DNA of 64,000 nucleotides from Terriglobia bacterium (GTDB lineage: Bacteria; Acidobacteriota; Terriglobia; 20CM-2-55-15): positions 864,001 to 928,000 of the forward strand of contig CBDAOY010000009.1 in assembly GCA_965198225.1 (NCBI GenBank). The letters are read 5' to 3'. The translations under genes and the position numbers were made by a program. Shown in pieces: positions 31,493 through 41,893 of this stretch. The notes beneath the pieces were generated by a model. It saw only the letters and a list, made by a program, of their open reading frames with translations. It did no database searches and was not told where the DNA came from. Every line of letters begins with the position of its first letter. Position 1 is the stretch's first letter.

Positions 31493-33901
31493 CTAGTGAG
31501 TAATCGAAGTCTGGCGGTCCGCCGGGTTGCTTGCGGCACGAGGGTCGAACGCTTCGGATTCGTCCAATGGGGTCGGTTGGTCCGTCAGCGCGACCTTCAG
31601 GACCTCGTCCATGCCGTCGACGAGGTGGATCGTGAACTCGTCCATGATCGCCGTCGGGATATCCGCCAGGTCCTTCTGGTTGTCCTTCGGAAGGATGATG
31701 GTTCGAATACCGGCCCGGTGAGCTGCCAGCAGTTTCTCCTTGACGCCTCCGATGGGTAGAACCTTGCCGCGGAGCGTGATTTCGCCAGTCATGGCGACAT
31801 CGCAGTGGACCGGGATCTGGGTCAGCCCGCTCACGATCGAGGTGGCCATCGTGATGCCTGCCGAAGGCCCGTCCTTCGGTATAGCTCCTTCCGGCACGTG
31901 GATGTGCAGATCGAGCCTCTGGTAGAAATCCTTGGGGATTCCGAAGGCGTGCGATCGAGACCGAACATAGCTCATCGCCGCCTGGGCCGATTCCTGCATC
32001 ACGTCACCGAGCTTGCCCGTCAGCGTCAACTTGCCGCTGCCCTCCATCAGAGTGGCTTCGGTGGCGAGTATCTCGCCGCCGACTTCGGTCCACGCAAGGC
32101 CGGTCACGAGACCGATCTCGTTCTTCTCCTCGGGGCGGTCGGGTCGATACTTCGGAATGCCAAGGTAGTCGACCAGATTGTCCGGCGAGATCTGGGTCTG
32201 ATACTTCTTGCCTTCCCGGACGACGGCCCGGGACACCTTGCGGCAGACAGACGAGATCTCCCGTTCCAGATTCCGCACACCCGCCTCGCGCGTGTAGCGG
32301 CGGATGATCGTTGGCACGGTCTCCTCGTCGAACTGCAACTGCTTATGGGTGATGCCCGTCGTTTCCACCTGTTTCGGGATCAGGAATCGCGTGGCGATTT
32401 CCCGCTTTTCCTGCTCCGTGTAGCCGGGGAGCCGCAGTATCTCCATGCGGTCCTGCAGCGGCTGAGGGATCGTGTGGAGCACGTTTGCCGTGGCGATGAA
32501 CATGACCTGTGACAGGTCGTAGTCCACGTCCAGGTAGTGATCGTTGAACGTGGAGTTCTGTTCGGGGTCGAGGACTTCAAGCAGAGCCGCTGCCGGGTCG
32601 CCGCGGAAGTCCATGCTCATCTTGTCGACCTCGTCGAGCAGGAACACCGGGTTCATCGTTCCGGCCTTCTTGATCATCTGGATGATCTGTCCGGGCAGGG
32701 CGCCGATGTAAGTGCGGCGGTGACCACGAATCTCGGCTTCGTCGCGGATGCCGCCCAGGGCCAGACGGACGAACTTACGTCCCGTGGCTCGCGCGATCGA
32801 CATGCCAAGCGACGTCTTGCCGACTCCCGGCGGTCCGGCGAAGCAGAGGATCGATCCCTTCGGTTTCTTGACGAGCTGGCGGACGGCCAGGAACTCGAGG
32901 ATGCGGTCCTTGACCTTGTTCAAACCGTAGTGGTCTTCGTTCAAGATCCGCTCGGCTGCCTCGATGTTGCGGATCTCACGTGTGCGTTTCTTCCACGGGA
33001 CGGCGATCAGCCAGTCTACGTAGTTGCGCGAGACCGTCGATTCGGCCGACATCTGGGGCATCATTTCGAGCCGGCGCATTTCCTGCATTGCCTTTTCGTA
33101 CGCATCCTTGGACATGCCGACTTCTTCGATTTTGGCTCGAAGCTCTTCCAGATCGGATTTCTCGTCCTTCTTCCCGAGCTCACGCTGAATCGCCTTGATC
33201 TTCTCGTTCAGGTAGTACTCTTTCTGGGCGCGCTCCATCTGCCGCTTCACACGACTCTGAATGGAACGGTCGACTTGCAGCTTTTCGATTTCAATGTCCA
33301 GCAGGTCGGCTAGCCGCTTGCAGCGCTCGACCGGATTGAAGATTTCAATCAGCTCCTGCTTTTCTTCGATCGAAAGCGTCAGGTGCGAGCAGACCGTGTC
33401 CGCCAGCCGCCCGATATCGTCCATCCGGATCGCCGACAGGACCTGCTCGTAGTTCACGTTCTGGCTCAGCTTGACGTATTGCTCGAAGAGCTGGCTGACG
33501 CGGGAAATAAGGGTGTCGTATCCGGTGAACGATTGGCTGCGGAAGGGCGAGAGTCGGAGGTTGGCCGTCAGGTGGCCGTCGTCCTCCGACATCTGCAGGA
33601 TCCGAGCCCGCTCGATGCCTTCGACCAGGACCTTCGTGTTCCCGTCCGGCAGCTTCAGCGCCTGGACGAGATTCGCAATCGTTCCGATCTGATAGATTTC
33701 GTTCGGTTTGGGGCTATCGACGGATGCGTCGTACTGAGTGGCTAAAAAGATTCGTTTGTCGCCCTCGAGTGCTGATTCAAGCGCCCGCACTGAGGACTTA
33801 CGGCCGATCACGAAGGGCACCAGCATATAAGGGAAGATGACTACGTCCCTGATGGGCACCATCGGTAGCGTGACTTGTTCGTATTTGTCCTTCGTACTCA
33901 T
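31493..33901 (-). CDS. lon: ATP-dependent protease La
   Basis: [34 protein letters not shown]. Confidence 0.97.
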   Translation of the reverse strand: MSTKDKYEQVTLPMVPIRDVVIFPYMLVPFVIGRKSSVRALESALEGDKRIFLATQYDASVDSPKPNEIYQIGTIANLVQALKLPDGNTKVLVEGIERARILQMSEDDGHLTANLRLSPFRSQSFTGYDTLISRVSQLFEQYVKLSQNVNYEQVLSAIRMDDIGRLADTVCSHLTLSIEEKQELIEIFNPVERCKRLADLLDIEIEKLQVDRSIQSRVKRQMERAQKEYYLNEKIKAIQRELGKKDEKSDLEELRAKIEEVGMSKDAYEKAMQEMRRLEMMPQMSAESTVSRNYVDWLIAVPWKKRTREIRNIEAAERILNEDHYGLNKVKDRILEFLAVRQLVKKPKGSILCFAGPPGVGKTSLGMSIARATGRKFVRLALGGIRDEAEIRGHRRTYIGALPGQIIQMIKKAGTMNPVFLLDEVDKMSMDFRGDPAAALLEVLDPEQNSTFNDHYLDVDYDLSQVMFIATANVLHTIPQPLQDRMEILRLPGYTEQEKREIATRFLIPKQVETTGITHKQLQFDEETVPTIIRRYTREAGVRNLEREISSVCRKVSRAVVREGKKYQTQISPDNLVDYLGIPKYRPDRPEEKNEIGLVTGLAWTEVGGEILATEATLMEGSGKLTLTGKLGDVMQESAQAAMSYVRSRSHAFGIPKDFYQRLDLHIHVPEGAIPKDGPSAGITMATSIVSGLTQIPVHCDVAMTGEITLRGKVLPIGGVKEKLLAAHRAGIRTIILPKDNQKDLADIPTAIMDEFTIHLVDGMDEVLKVALTDQPTPLDESEAFDPRAASNPADRQTSITH

Positions 33902-33970
33902 AAGTTCACTTCCGCGTTCAGGACTGTCCAGGGACCCTGAGAGCCGACGGGGAGCATGTCCACGGTTCCC

Positions 33971-35218
33971 CTATCCGGCCTTCTCGTACGGCAACTGTAC
34001 TTCCTTCTTTTCGACCATTTGTTTCGTGATCGTTAGCTCAGATTGGCTTTTTTGTCCCGGAAGGGTGTACATCACGTCGAGCATCAGCTCTTCCATAATT
34101 ATTCGCAGCCCTCGAGCGCCGACATTCCGCTTGATCGATTGCTCTGCGATCCCCTCTATGGCCCCGTCGGCGAACTTCAGCTTGACGTTTTCGTACTCGA
34201 AAAGGCGCTGGAACTGTTTGACCAGCGCATTCTTGGGGGTGGTCAGGATTTCGACCAGAGCGGAGCGATCCAGTTCATGCAGGGTCGCCACTACCGGCAC
34301 GCGGCCGACGAACTCGGGAATCATTCCGTACTTGATCAGATCTTCGGGCTCGACAGCTTCTATGAGTAGCGATTTTTCTTCAGACTTGGCCTTTAGCTCC
34401 CCCTGGAAGCCCATCGTGCTCCTCTTGGCCAGCCTTTTCTCAACGATATTTTCCAGCCCGACGAACGCACCGCCGCAGATGAACAGGATGTTGGTCGTGT
34501 CGACCTGGGTGAATTCCTGGTGGGGGTGCTTCCGGCCGCCCTGGGGCGGTACATTGGCGACGGTACCCTCGAGCATCTTGAGGAGAGCCTGCTGGACGCC
34601 CTCTCCCGAGACATCGCGGGTAATCGAGGGGTTCTCGTCCTTGCGTCCAATCTTATCGATTTCGTCGATGTAGATGATGCCGGTCTGAGAGCGTTCGACA
34701 TCTCCGCCGGCGCTCTGCACCAGACGAAGGATGATGTTCTCGACATCCTCGCCGACGTAACCCGCTTCGGTGAGGGTCGTGGCGTCGACGATAGCAAACG
34801 GCACGCTCAGCAGCCGGGCCAGCGTCTGAGCCAGCAATGTCTTGCCGGTCCCGGTCGGTCCGATCAACAGAATGTTGGATTTCTGGAGTTCGACTTCGGA
34901 TTTCTTGCGTGCGAGTTCGATCCTCTTGTAGTGGTTGTAGACCGCGACTGCCAGCTTCTTCTTCGTCTTCTGTTGCCCGATGACGTACCCATCCAGAAAT
35001 TCTTTGATCTCGGGAGGCTTGGGAAGGTGGACGTTGTGCGGTGTCGGTTCGAAGCTCTGATCTTCGTCAATAATGTCCTGGCAGACGGCGACGCACTCGT
35101 CGCAGATGAAGACGGTCGGTCCGGCGATCAGTTTCCTGACGTCATTCTGGCTCTTGTTGCAAAAGGAGCATCGAAGCACATCACCGTTGTTTTTCTTCAA
35201 ACCGCTTTCCTCCACCAA
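33971..35218 (-). CDS. clpX: Clp protease ATP-binding subunit ClpX
   Basis: CSFC..ICDEC zinc finger, [18 protein letters not shown]. Confidence 0.97.
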   Translation of the reverse strand: MVEESGLKKNNGDVLRCSFCNKSQNDVRKLIAGPTVFICDECVAVCQDIIDEDQSFEPTPHNVHLPKPPEIKEFLDGYVIGQQKTKKKLAVAVYNHYKRIELARKKSEVELQKSNILLIGPTGTGKTLLAQTLARLLSVPFAIVDATTLTEAGYVGEDVENIILRLVQSAGGDVERSQTGIIYIDEIDKIGRKDENPSITRDVSGEGVQQALLKMLEGTVANVPPQGGRKHPHQEFTQVDTTNILFICGGAFVGLENIVEKRLAKRSTMGFQGELKAKSEEKSLLIEAVEPEDLIKYGMIPEFVGRVPVVATLHELDRSALVEILTTPKNALVKQFQRLFEYENVKLKFADGAIEGIAEQSIKRNVGARGLRIIMEELMLDVMYTLPGQKSQSELTITKQMVEKKEVQLPYEKAG

Positions 35219-35280
35219 GCCGAGATCCGACCTAGAGACCTGGGATCGCTTAAGTGCAGCTAATTCAGTGAATTGGGGCG

Positions 35281-35892
35281 CTATTGACGTTGTGAAATGA
35301 CGTCGTCAATTATACCATAGACCTTACACTGGTCCGCGCTCATGATGTAGTCGCGCTCCACGTCCTTTTCGATACGTTCCAGTGGCTGACCTGTGTGTTT
35401 AGCCAGGATATCGTTGAGGATGCTCCGCATCCTCAAGATCTCCTTGGCGTGAATTTCGATGTCGCTCGCCTGGCCCTGCAGACCCCCCAGCCACGGTTGG
35501 TGGATCATGATGCGCGAGTTCGGCAGAGCGAACCGTTTGTCGGCCGCGCCCGCGGCCAGCAGCACCGCCCCCATGCTGGCGGCCTGACCGACGCAGATCG
35601 TCGAGACGTCCGGGCGGATGAACTGGATCGTGTCGTAGATCGCCAGCCCGGCCGTGATCGAGCCGCCCGGAGAGTTGACGTAAAGGGATATATCCCGTTC
35701 GGGATCTTCCGCCTCCAGGAACAGCAACTGTGCCGTGACCACGTTGGAGACGTTGTCGTCGATCGGTGTGCCTATAAAGATGATGCTGTCGCGCAGCAGC
35801 CGCGAATAGATGTCGTAGGCTCGCTCTCCCCGGTTCGTCTGCTCCACCACCATCGGGATGAGCGTGTTCTTTTCTTCAAAGTTGTTGGGCAT
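35281..35892 (-). CDS. clpP: Clp protease proteolytic subunit
   Basis: [25 protein letters not shown]. Confidence 0.97.
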   Translation of the reverse strand: MPNNFEEKNTLIPMVVEQTNRGERAYDIYSRLLRDSIIFIGTPIDDNVSNVVTAQLLFLEAEDPERDISLYVNSPGGSITAGLAIYDTIQFIRPDVSTICVGQAASMGAVLLAAGAADKRFALPNSRIMIHQPWLGGLQGQASDIEIHAKEILRMRSILNDILAKHTGQPLERIEKDVERDYIMSADQCKVYGIIDDVISQRQ

Positions 35893-36034
35893 TTACTCGT
35901 CCACTGAAATAGTCGCCTTGGGCCTCAATTGATACTTATCGGTATATCCTGTTGCAAACTGTCGCCAAAAACAGCATACCTCATCGGCGAGAAAATCAAG
36001 ATAGGATTGGAGATGGCTCTTCCGCGCAGGTCTT

Positions 36035-37366
36035 CTATGACGGTTGTTCCTCCGATGCCTCCGTTTCGGACAGGCTTCCCGCAGGGACGAAGTTCGCCAG
36101 CTCCTGGACCATCCCAAGCACCTTCCTGTTGCGAATCTGGCCCTTGATACGATCCAACCCGTCGTTCTTGGTCAGGATCTCCCGGACATTTTCCTTGGGT
36201 CGGCCCATCTGTCCAGCGATCGCTTCGATCTCTCGTTCGATTTCTTCGTCCTCGACCTCGATCTTCTCGCGTTCGGCCAGATGTTCGAGAATCAGTGAAC
36301 CCCGCACGTCCCGGACCGCCTGTTCGTACTGATCGGCCCGTATCCTGCCCCAGTCCACGTCCAGACCCTGAGGGTTGACACCCTGCTGGGACAGCTCGCG
36401 CATCATGCGTTGGAGTCGTGTCTGAAGCTGTTGCTCGACCAGCGAATCCGGGACTTCGAACTCGTTGTTGTCTTCCAGCCACCCGAGGATCGCCTCGTGA
36501 GTCTGCTCGTCCGCATGGTGCCGGCGGTGCTGTTCCAGGTTCTCACGCACGTTGGCCTTCAGGTCGTCGAGCTTGTCGAAGTCGCCCAGGCTCTGAGCGA
36601 AATCGTCGTCGAGCTCGGGACGGTGCTTTTCCTTAATGGAGTCGACCTCTACCGTGAAGTGGGCGTTCTTCCCTGCGAGGTTCTTGTCCGGGTGGTCGTC
36701 CTTGTATACGACGTCGAACGTCGCTTCCTCCCCGGCCTTTAGTCCGGTGAGGTTTTTGGTGAACTCGCGCAGAGTCGTCTCGCCTCCGATCTCACAGAGT
36801 GCCTTCTCTGCGGAGAGGTCCGGGGCGTCGTCGCCGGCATCTTCGATGGAGCCCGTGAAAGAAATCTCGACGAAATCCCCATCCTTGATCTCGCGGTCTT
36901 CCTCGACGGGCGTCATCTCCGCATGCTCCTCGAGCATCCGCTCCAACGCCTGATCGATTTCGGCGTCCGAGACTTCGGTCGGGATCTCTTCGACAGGAAT
37001 CCCCGTGTGGTTCGTGACGTCGAGCCGAGGGTAGACCTCGAAAACGGCCTTGAAGCTCAAGGCTTCGCCGTTGTCGTAGTCGACATCCTCATAGCTGGGT
37101 GCGTGGACGACATCCAGGTCCTGCTCCCTTGCGGCGTCGGAGAAGTACTTTGGCAACAGGCTCTGGAAGACTTCGGAGAGAATGTCGTCCCGGTAGCGGT
37201 TTTTCACGACGCCGAGCGGCGCCTTGCCCGGTCGGAAGCCCGGTACCCGGGCGCGGCGTCGGAACTGCCGCGCGACCGATGTCACTTCTCCGTCGACGAC
37301 TTCCGGAGGGATCTCGATGTCGAGGCTTTTCTTTACAGTGCTGATGTCGGTCAGTTCTGCCTTCAT
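36035..37366 (-). CDS. tig: Trigger factor
   Basis: VPGFRPGKAP ribosome-binding motif; tig-clpP-clpX-lon synteny. Confidence 0.95.
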   Translation of the reverse strand: MKAELTDISTVKKSLDIEIPPEVVDGEVTSVARQFRRRARVPGFRPGKAPLGVVKNRYRDDILSEVFQSLLPKYFSDAAREQDLDVVHAPSYEDVDYDNGEALSFKAVFEVYPRLDVTNHTGIPVEEIPTEVSDAEIDQALERMLEEHAEMTPVEEDREIKDGDFVEISFTGSIEDAGDDAPDLSAEKALCEIGGETTLREFTKNLTGLKAGEEATFDVVYKDDHPDKNLAGKNAHFTVEVDSIKEKHRPELDDDFAQSLGDFDKLDDLKANVRENLEQHRRHHADEQTHEAILGWLEDNNEFEVPDSLVEQQLQTRLQRMMRELSQQGVNPQGLDVDWGRIRADQYEQAVRDVRGSLILEHLAEREKIEVEDEEIEREIEAIAGQMGRPKENVREILTKNDGLDRIKGQIRNRKVLGMVQELANFVPAGSLSETEASEEQPS

Positions 37367-37512
37367 ACGGGGCGATCGTGGTCAGTGGTCCGTTGCAAGT
37401 GGTCGTAGCGGGTCACGGCCAACCCGCGCCCAGCCCTTCGGCATTGGGGCAACCCCTCACCGCTGTGAACCGATAGCTGAGGGGAATTCGGTCTCCGTCC
37501 CCGATTCCCCCA

Positions 37513-37594
37513 TGCGAAAGGAGGGACTCGAACCCTCATGGGTTGCCCCACTGGATCCTAAGTCCAGCGCGTCTGCCAATTCCGCCACTTTCGC
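37513..37594 (-). tRNA. tRNA-Leu(TAG)
   Basis: GCGAAAG-TGGCGGAATTGGCAGACGCG-CTGGA-CTTAGGA-TCCAG, long variable arm, GGTTCGAGTCC, CTTTCGC-A; CCA not encoded. Confidence 0.95.
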
Positions 37595-37708
37595 GTGTCT
37601 TCCAAATCAGTGACTTGCCGAATCCTATCACTTTCACTTCTTTCGTCGATGGGGGATCTTGTGGGGGACTCGACTCCCAATGTTTGGAAGTTTTTCGATG
37701 GCCCGTCG

Positions 37709-37733
37709 CTAGTAACCTGTTACAGGCCACCAG
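37709..37733. mobile_element. Collapsed family-A MITE (fused ends)
   Basis: CTAG-TAACCTGT-TACAGGCCA-CCAG. Confidence 0.5.
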
Positions 37734-37914
37734 TAGTCCATCGAGAGACGAGTATACCGTATCGTCATCTCCGGGTCCTCATGTCCCATCAGCCCCATCA
37801 CGGCCTTCTGGTTCACATCGGCCATCCCAGGTACGATACGAAGCGGGGCCGCAGACGACGAAAGCGGAAATAGTTCAAGCCGGCGCGATCGACGGCGTTT
37901 GCGGATGTGGTTCT
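37732..37914 (-). pseudogene. Tyrosine recombinase/integrase C-terminal remnant
   Basis: Hand translation: RTTSANAVDRAGLNYFRFRRLRPRFVSYL, frameshift, then MADVNQKAVMGLMGHEDPEMTIRYTRLS; matches the FHDLRHTFAS...LGH...T.RY pattern. Confidence 0.75.
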
Positions 37915-38078
37915 CCGCGGTTACGCCTTTTTAACCCGTGACAACATGCATCAAAGAAAGGCACCATACCGCCGACCCCATGGTCGGCCTGTTCTTCGTC
38001 CCGGGCCCACCCTGCGATGGCCAGGGTTTGAACTGCCACGGTGAGTGAGAGGATCGGGCCACGTAGAGGGTGCGCAGC

Positions 38079-39364
38079 ATGGATGAAGTCACAGTCGGGA
38101 ACGTCGTCATTTCCTGCGACAATCATCGTCTGACCTTCAAGAGCCGAGAGGACCCGCGCCGGCAAGTCACGATCTCCGCGGCCTCCCTGCCCGACGTCCT
38201 CTACTTTCTTCAGAGTGTCAACCCCAGTGGGAGCGACCAGCGTGTGGCTTTTCGCGTACCGCTTGACCGCAAGAGCGCCCTCAGAACCACCCTTGGGGTC
38301 GGCAGTTTACGGTTGCCGGTTTGGGCTGTGGACATCAGCCTGTCGGGGATGCTGGTGGAAATGCCGACCAGTCTCCACGAATTGACGATCGGGTCTTCGG
38401 TGGAAATCACTCTCGAACTCGATATGAAGTCTGCGACGCTCGGCAACGAGGGAAGTTCCGGCCGTTGGGCATTCCGTGTCTCCGGGATCGGGTGGTGCAG
38501 ACGGCGGCGATGCTCTGGACGCTTTCCCGGCTCGGACGTGTGCCTATGTAGGCGGCACCCGTGTCCGGCCGGTAGTTGCAACCAATCCGGTAGCCGAGGA
38601 ACGTCATCGATTCCTCCGGCACCCGGCAGCAGCGGGTCTTCTCAACGTTCATCGCCAACTTCAGACGTTTCATCAGGGCTTCGACCGCCGCTAGCATTAC
38701 CGCTGCCGGCGCGCGACCGATCTCGCCGCTGTTCAGCAACATCTACATGCGGCGCTTCATTCTGGGCTGGAAGGTGCTGGGCTACGCCCGGCACTTCAAG
38801 GCGGAAATCGTCAACTACGCGGCCGAACCGCATGCGGCCGATAGGTCCCTTCCTTCAGGTCCCGCGCCAGTGCTCCCAGCCACCGGTCTACCCCAAGCGC
38901 CTCGATGTCTCCGACCGTCTCGCCGTCCACCCCGGCCGCGCCGCCGTTGCGGCGCACGGCCTGCCAGGCGACTGCGAGCACGTCGTCGCGCCACACCTTG
39001 TCGCTCAGAGAGTAGAACCGGAAGCCCAGAGCTTCCTTCGCTTTCGCATGTAGCGCCGTCTGGAGTCGCTGAACTCTCTCCGAGGCTGTTAGGCTCTCGC
39101 CAGTCCTCATGTCCCTTCCTCCGTCATGCGCTGCTCTGCGTGCCGGTCAATCGCCTCGTAGGCCGGGCTGACCTGTCCCAGGGTGAAGTAGTTCGCCCAA
39201 CCGGTCAGCAACCGGTTGAGGCGTCCCACTACGACCTCCGGCGGCAGGAGCGCGGGATCATATTTGCGGACTGCCAGATGGAAGGGGATCTCGACCCGCC
39301 AGGCTCGCTCATGGTCATCTTCAGGGCGCTTGAAAGGACATGGCTCGCCAGGAAAGTAGAGTAA
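38079..39364 (+). pseudogene. PilZ-domain protein interrupted by scrambled RT fragments
   Basis: QRVAFR (RxxxR) and DISLSG motifs up to ~38440; the probable C-terminus GIIFADC...RKVE* resumes at ~39255. Confidence 0.65.
38441..39254. mobile_element. Shuffled fragments of a group II intron reverse transcriptase/maturase
   Basis: RPLGIPCLRDRVVQ (+), LKLAMNVEKTR...FLGY (-), ISPLFSNIYM...VNYA (+), AWQAVRRNGGAAGVDG (-), LNRLLTGWANYF (-). Confidence 0.88.
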
Positions 39365-39420
39365 GGAGATAGGAACACGCGCGCCTTTCTTTTCTGAGCC
39401 GGGAGTATCGCCGATTCAGG

Positions 39421-40560
39421 ATGCCCAAGACCGGAGAACAACCCACTCGGAGTTACCGCGCCCGGGTTCTCATACTTGGCGCGGGTGTCGCGATTGTCCT
39501 CTCGATTCTTCCCGATGTCGCAGGGTCGACGCCCGCCGAGGCGCGGTCCCAGGACGCCCCCGATCGCTCACACTTGCGGGTCGTCACAGCGGGAAGCGCG
39601 CCCTTTGTCATGGCGAACGGCGCCGGTGGGGCTGAGGGTCTGAGCCTCGACGTGTGGTCTGCGATCGCAGAAGACCTCGCCCTCGAATACGAGATGGTCC
39701 CGGCGGAGGGCATCTCGGAAGCGATCGACATGGTCGCCGAGGGGCGTGCGGATGTGGTCGTGGGCCCTGTCAGCATCACCGCCGATCGCTCCGTCCAGGT
39801 CGAGTTCACCCAGCCCTACTTTAACGCGACTCTAGCTATACTGGCTCCGGCCTCCAGAAGCCTGCTCGACGGCATTGCGCCCTTCCTGTCGAGGGCCTTC
39901 CTTACGGGCATCTTTTTCCTGCTCGGGATACTTCTCGTCGTCGGAGTTCTGCTGTGGATGGCAGAACGGAGGGCGAACGCCGAACACTTTCCGGATCGTC
40001 CACTGGCGGGAATCGGGAACGGTATCTGGGCCGCCCTGGTAACGCTGACGACCGTGGGCTACGGAGACGTCGTTCCCCGCTCGCTCGCGGGACGAGTCGT
40101 CGCCGGCGCCTGGATGCTCATGTCCGTGGTCGTGGCATCGTCGTTTACCGCGTTTATCGCCACGGCCCTGACGCTTTCCCAGATCGACACGGGATCGATA
40201 TCGACGGCCGGGGATCTCGCCGGGCGGCGTGTAGGTTCGGTTGCCGGTACGACTTCGGCCGAGTTTGCGTCCGAAAACGGAGCTCGTCTCCAGGCGGTGG
40301 CGGACATAGACGCGGCGTTTGCAGATCTTCAGGCTGAGAGAACGGAGGCGATCGTCTTCGACCGCCCGATTTTGCGATACCTGCTCGCCCGGAATCCCGG
40401 CACCGACTTTCTCATTTCGGAGCCTTCTTACCGTCCGCAGGGCTATGGGTTTGCCCTCGCTATGGACTCTGCGGTTCGTCAGGAGATAGTGGTCGCTATT
40501 CTGCGACTGCAGGAAAGCGGAGAATTGGACGCGATCGCTGAGGTTTGGCTGGGACCCTGA
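39421..40560 (+). CDS. GluR0-like channel: amino-acid-binding (PBP2) domain split by a K+ channel pore
   Basis: PF...G...D...ISITADR...FTQPYF (S1), TM, TLTTVGYGD filter, TM, then GTTS...FD...YGFA (S2). Confidence 0.85.
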   Translation: MPKTGEQPTRSYRARVLILGAGVAIVLSILPDVAGSTPAEARSQDAPDRSHLRVVTAGSAPFVMANGAGGAEGLSLDVWSAIAEDLALEYEMVPAEGISEAIDMVAEGRADVVVGPVSITADRSVQVEFTQPYFNATLAILAPASRSLLDGIAPFLSRAFLTGIFFLLGILLVVGVLLWMAERRANAEHFPDRPLAGIGNGIWAALVTLTTVGYGDVVPRSLAGRVVAGAWMLMSVVVASSFTAFIATALTLSQIDTGSISTAGDLAGRRVGSVAGTTSAEFASENGARLQAVADIDAAFADLQAERTEAIVFDRPILRYLLARNPGTDFLISEPSYRPQGYGFALAMDSAVRQEIVVAILRLQESGELDAIAEVWLGP

Positions 40561-40695
40561 AGAAGCTATCAGCCTTCAGCGTTCAGCTTCCGAACGAAAG
40601 CTCAAAGCTGAGTGCTGATCGCTGATGGCACGCATGATCCCCTTGGATCACCCGGTAACTCTTTCCTACCGCCCGGCCTTTGCCACGGCCCCGAT

Positions 40696-40971
40696 CTAGT
40701 AACTCTTTCCTACCGCCCGGGAGTCAATCGGCTTGGCCTCGTTTACCTGAAGCGCACCGCCTTCCAGTTCCTGTCCATGCAGCTCTTCGATCGCTGAGCC
40801 CAGCTGCGATTCGTCTTCCAGTTGGGCGAAGCCGAAGCCCCGGGGCCGTCCGGAGTCGCGGTACGTCAGGATGTGAACCGACTCGAGGGGATATCCCCGG
40901 GATTCGATCCACTCGTGGAGATCGTCGTCAGACACCGAATAGGGAACGTTACCAATGAAGAGTTTGGGCAT
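40696..40971 (-). CDS. RNA-binding protein (single RRM)
   Basis: KLFIGNVPY (RNP2), RPRGFGFAQ (RNP1), VNEAKP; the tail is affected by a 22-bp duplication. Confidence 0.9.
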   Translation of the reverse strand: MPKLFIGNVPYSVSDDDLHEWIESRGYPLESVHILTYRDSGRPRGFGFAQLEDESQLGSAIEELHGQELEGGALQVNEAKPIDSRAVGKSY

Positions 40972-41258
40972 GATTTCCTTTCAACTTTTAATGTCCGGAC
41001 GTGTGGGCACACGAAACCCACGTCACCCTTAGATCTAATAAGACGTAAAAGGCCGCCCGTTCCGTGCGGCCTGACTGCGATTTTTGTGGGGAATCTGGAA
41101 GCTGTCGGCTGTCAGCGTTCAGTTATCAGCTTCGGAATGACGACAGAATACTCTCCTGTGGCTGCGCGGCTTCCTAAGCCGAAAACTGATAGCTGAATGC
41201 CGCCAACACGCTTGCCGCTGAATATGGTAACAAAACACTCGAGCTCGAGGACCAAGGG

Positions 41259-41840
41259 TCAGTGGCCAAGGGCCGCCTCGATGGCTCCCGTTATCTGTCG
41301 CGACTCCGGTTCGACCGCGGAACGGAACCTTCCGATAATCTTCCCGTCGCGTCCGATAAGGAACTTTTCGAAATTCCAGTCAACCTCACCGGGGGAGGCC
41401 TCGTTCGCCGCGCTCGACGTCAGGTAGTCGTACAGTGGCACCTTGTTCGGACCCCGAACGACGATCTTGGCGAACATGTCGAATTCCACCCCGTAGTTGC
41501 GTTCGCAGAAGTCTTTGATCTCGACTGCCGAACCCGGTTCTTGCCGGCCGAAGTCATTGGAAGGGAATCCCAGCACCTTCAGTCCCCGGGCGGCGTACTT
41601 TTCGTGCAGGTTCTGAAGGCCTTCGTACTGGTAGGTGTAGCCGCACTCGCTGGCGACGTTGACGATCAGTACGACCTTACCGCGATACCGCCCCAGCTCC
41701 ACGCTCTCGCCGTCGAGACTATTCATCGTGAATTCAAAAATGCTCGCCATTTCATTCGCCGCGGCGCTCATGTTTCCCACGGCCGCTGCCGACATGGTCA
41801 GGATCAATGCCGTAGCGAACGAAAGTGTCACTCTCATCAT
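41259..41840 (-). CDS. Glutathione peroxidase family protein (Cys type) with signal peptide
   Basis: VNVASECGYT, GFPSNDFGRQEPG, WNFEKFL; exact start among ATG repeats uncertain. Confidence 0.92.
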   Translation of the reverse strand: MMRVTLSFATALILTMSAAAVGNMSAAANEMASIFEFTMNSLDGESVELGRYRGKVVLIVNVASECGYTYQYEGLQNLHEKYAARGLKVLGFPSNDFGRQEPGSAVEIKDFCERNYGVEFDMFAKIVVRGPNKVPLYDYLTSSAANEASPGEVDWNFEKFLIGRDGKIIGRFRSAVEPESRQITGAIEAALGH

Positions 41841-41893
41841 CATCATCCCTCCAGGATTCGTGTGGGAAAGTGTCAACCCGATTGCTGCGGGAA

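Noticed and set aside
38441-39254. Functional retron, DGR RT or intact group II intron
   Set aside because: YADD is truncated, the domains are out of order on both strands, and no intron termini or msr/msd are visible.
41630-41660. Selenocysteine glutathione peroxidase
   Set aside because: The active-site codon is TGC (Cys), not TGA.
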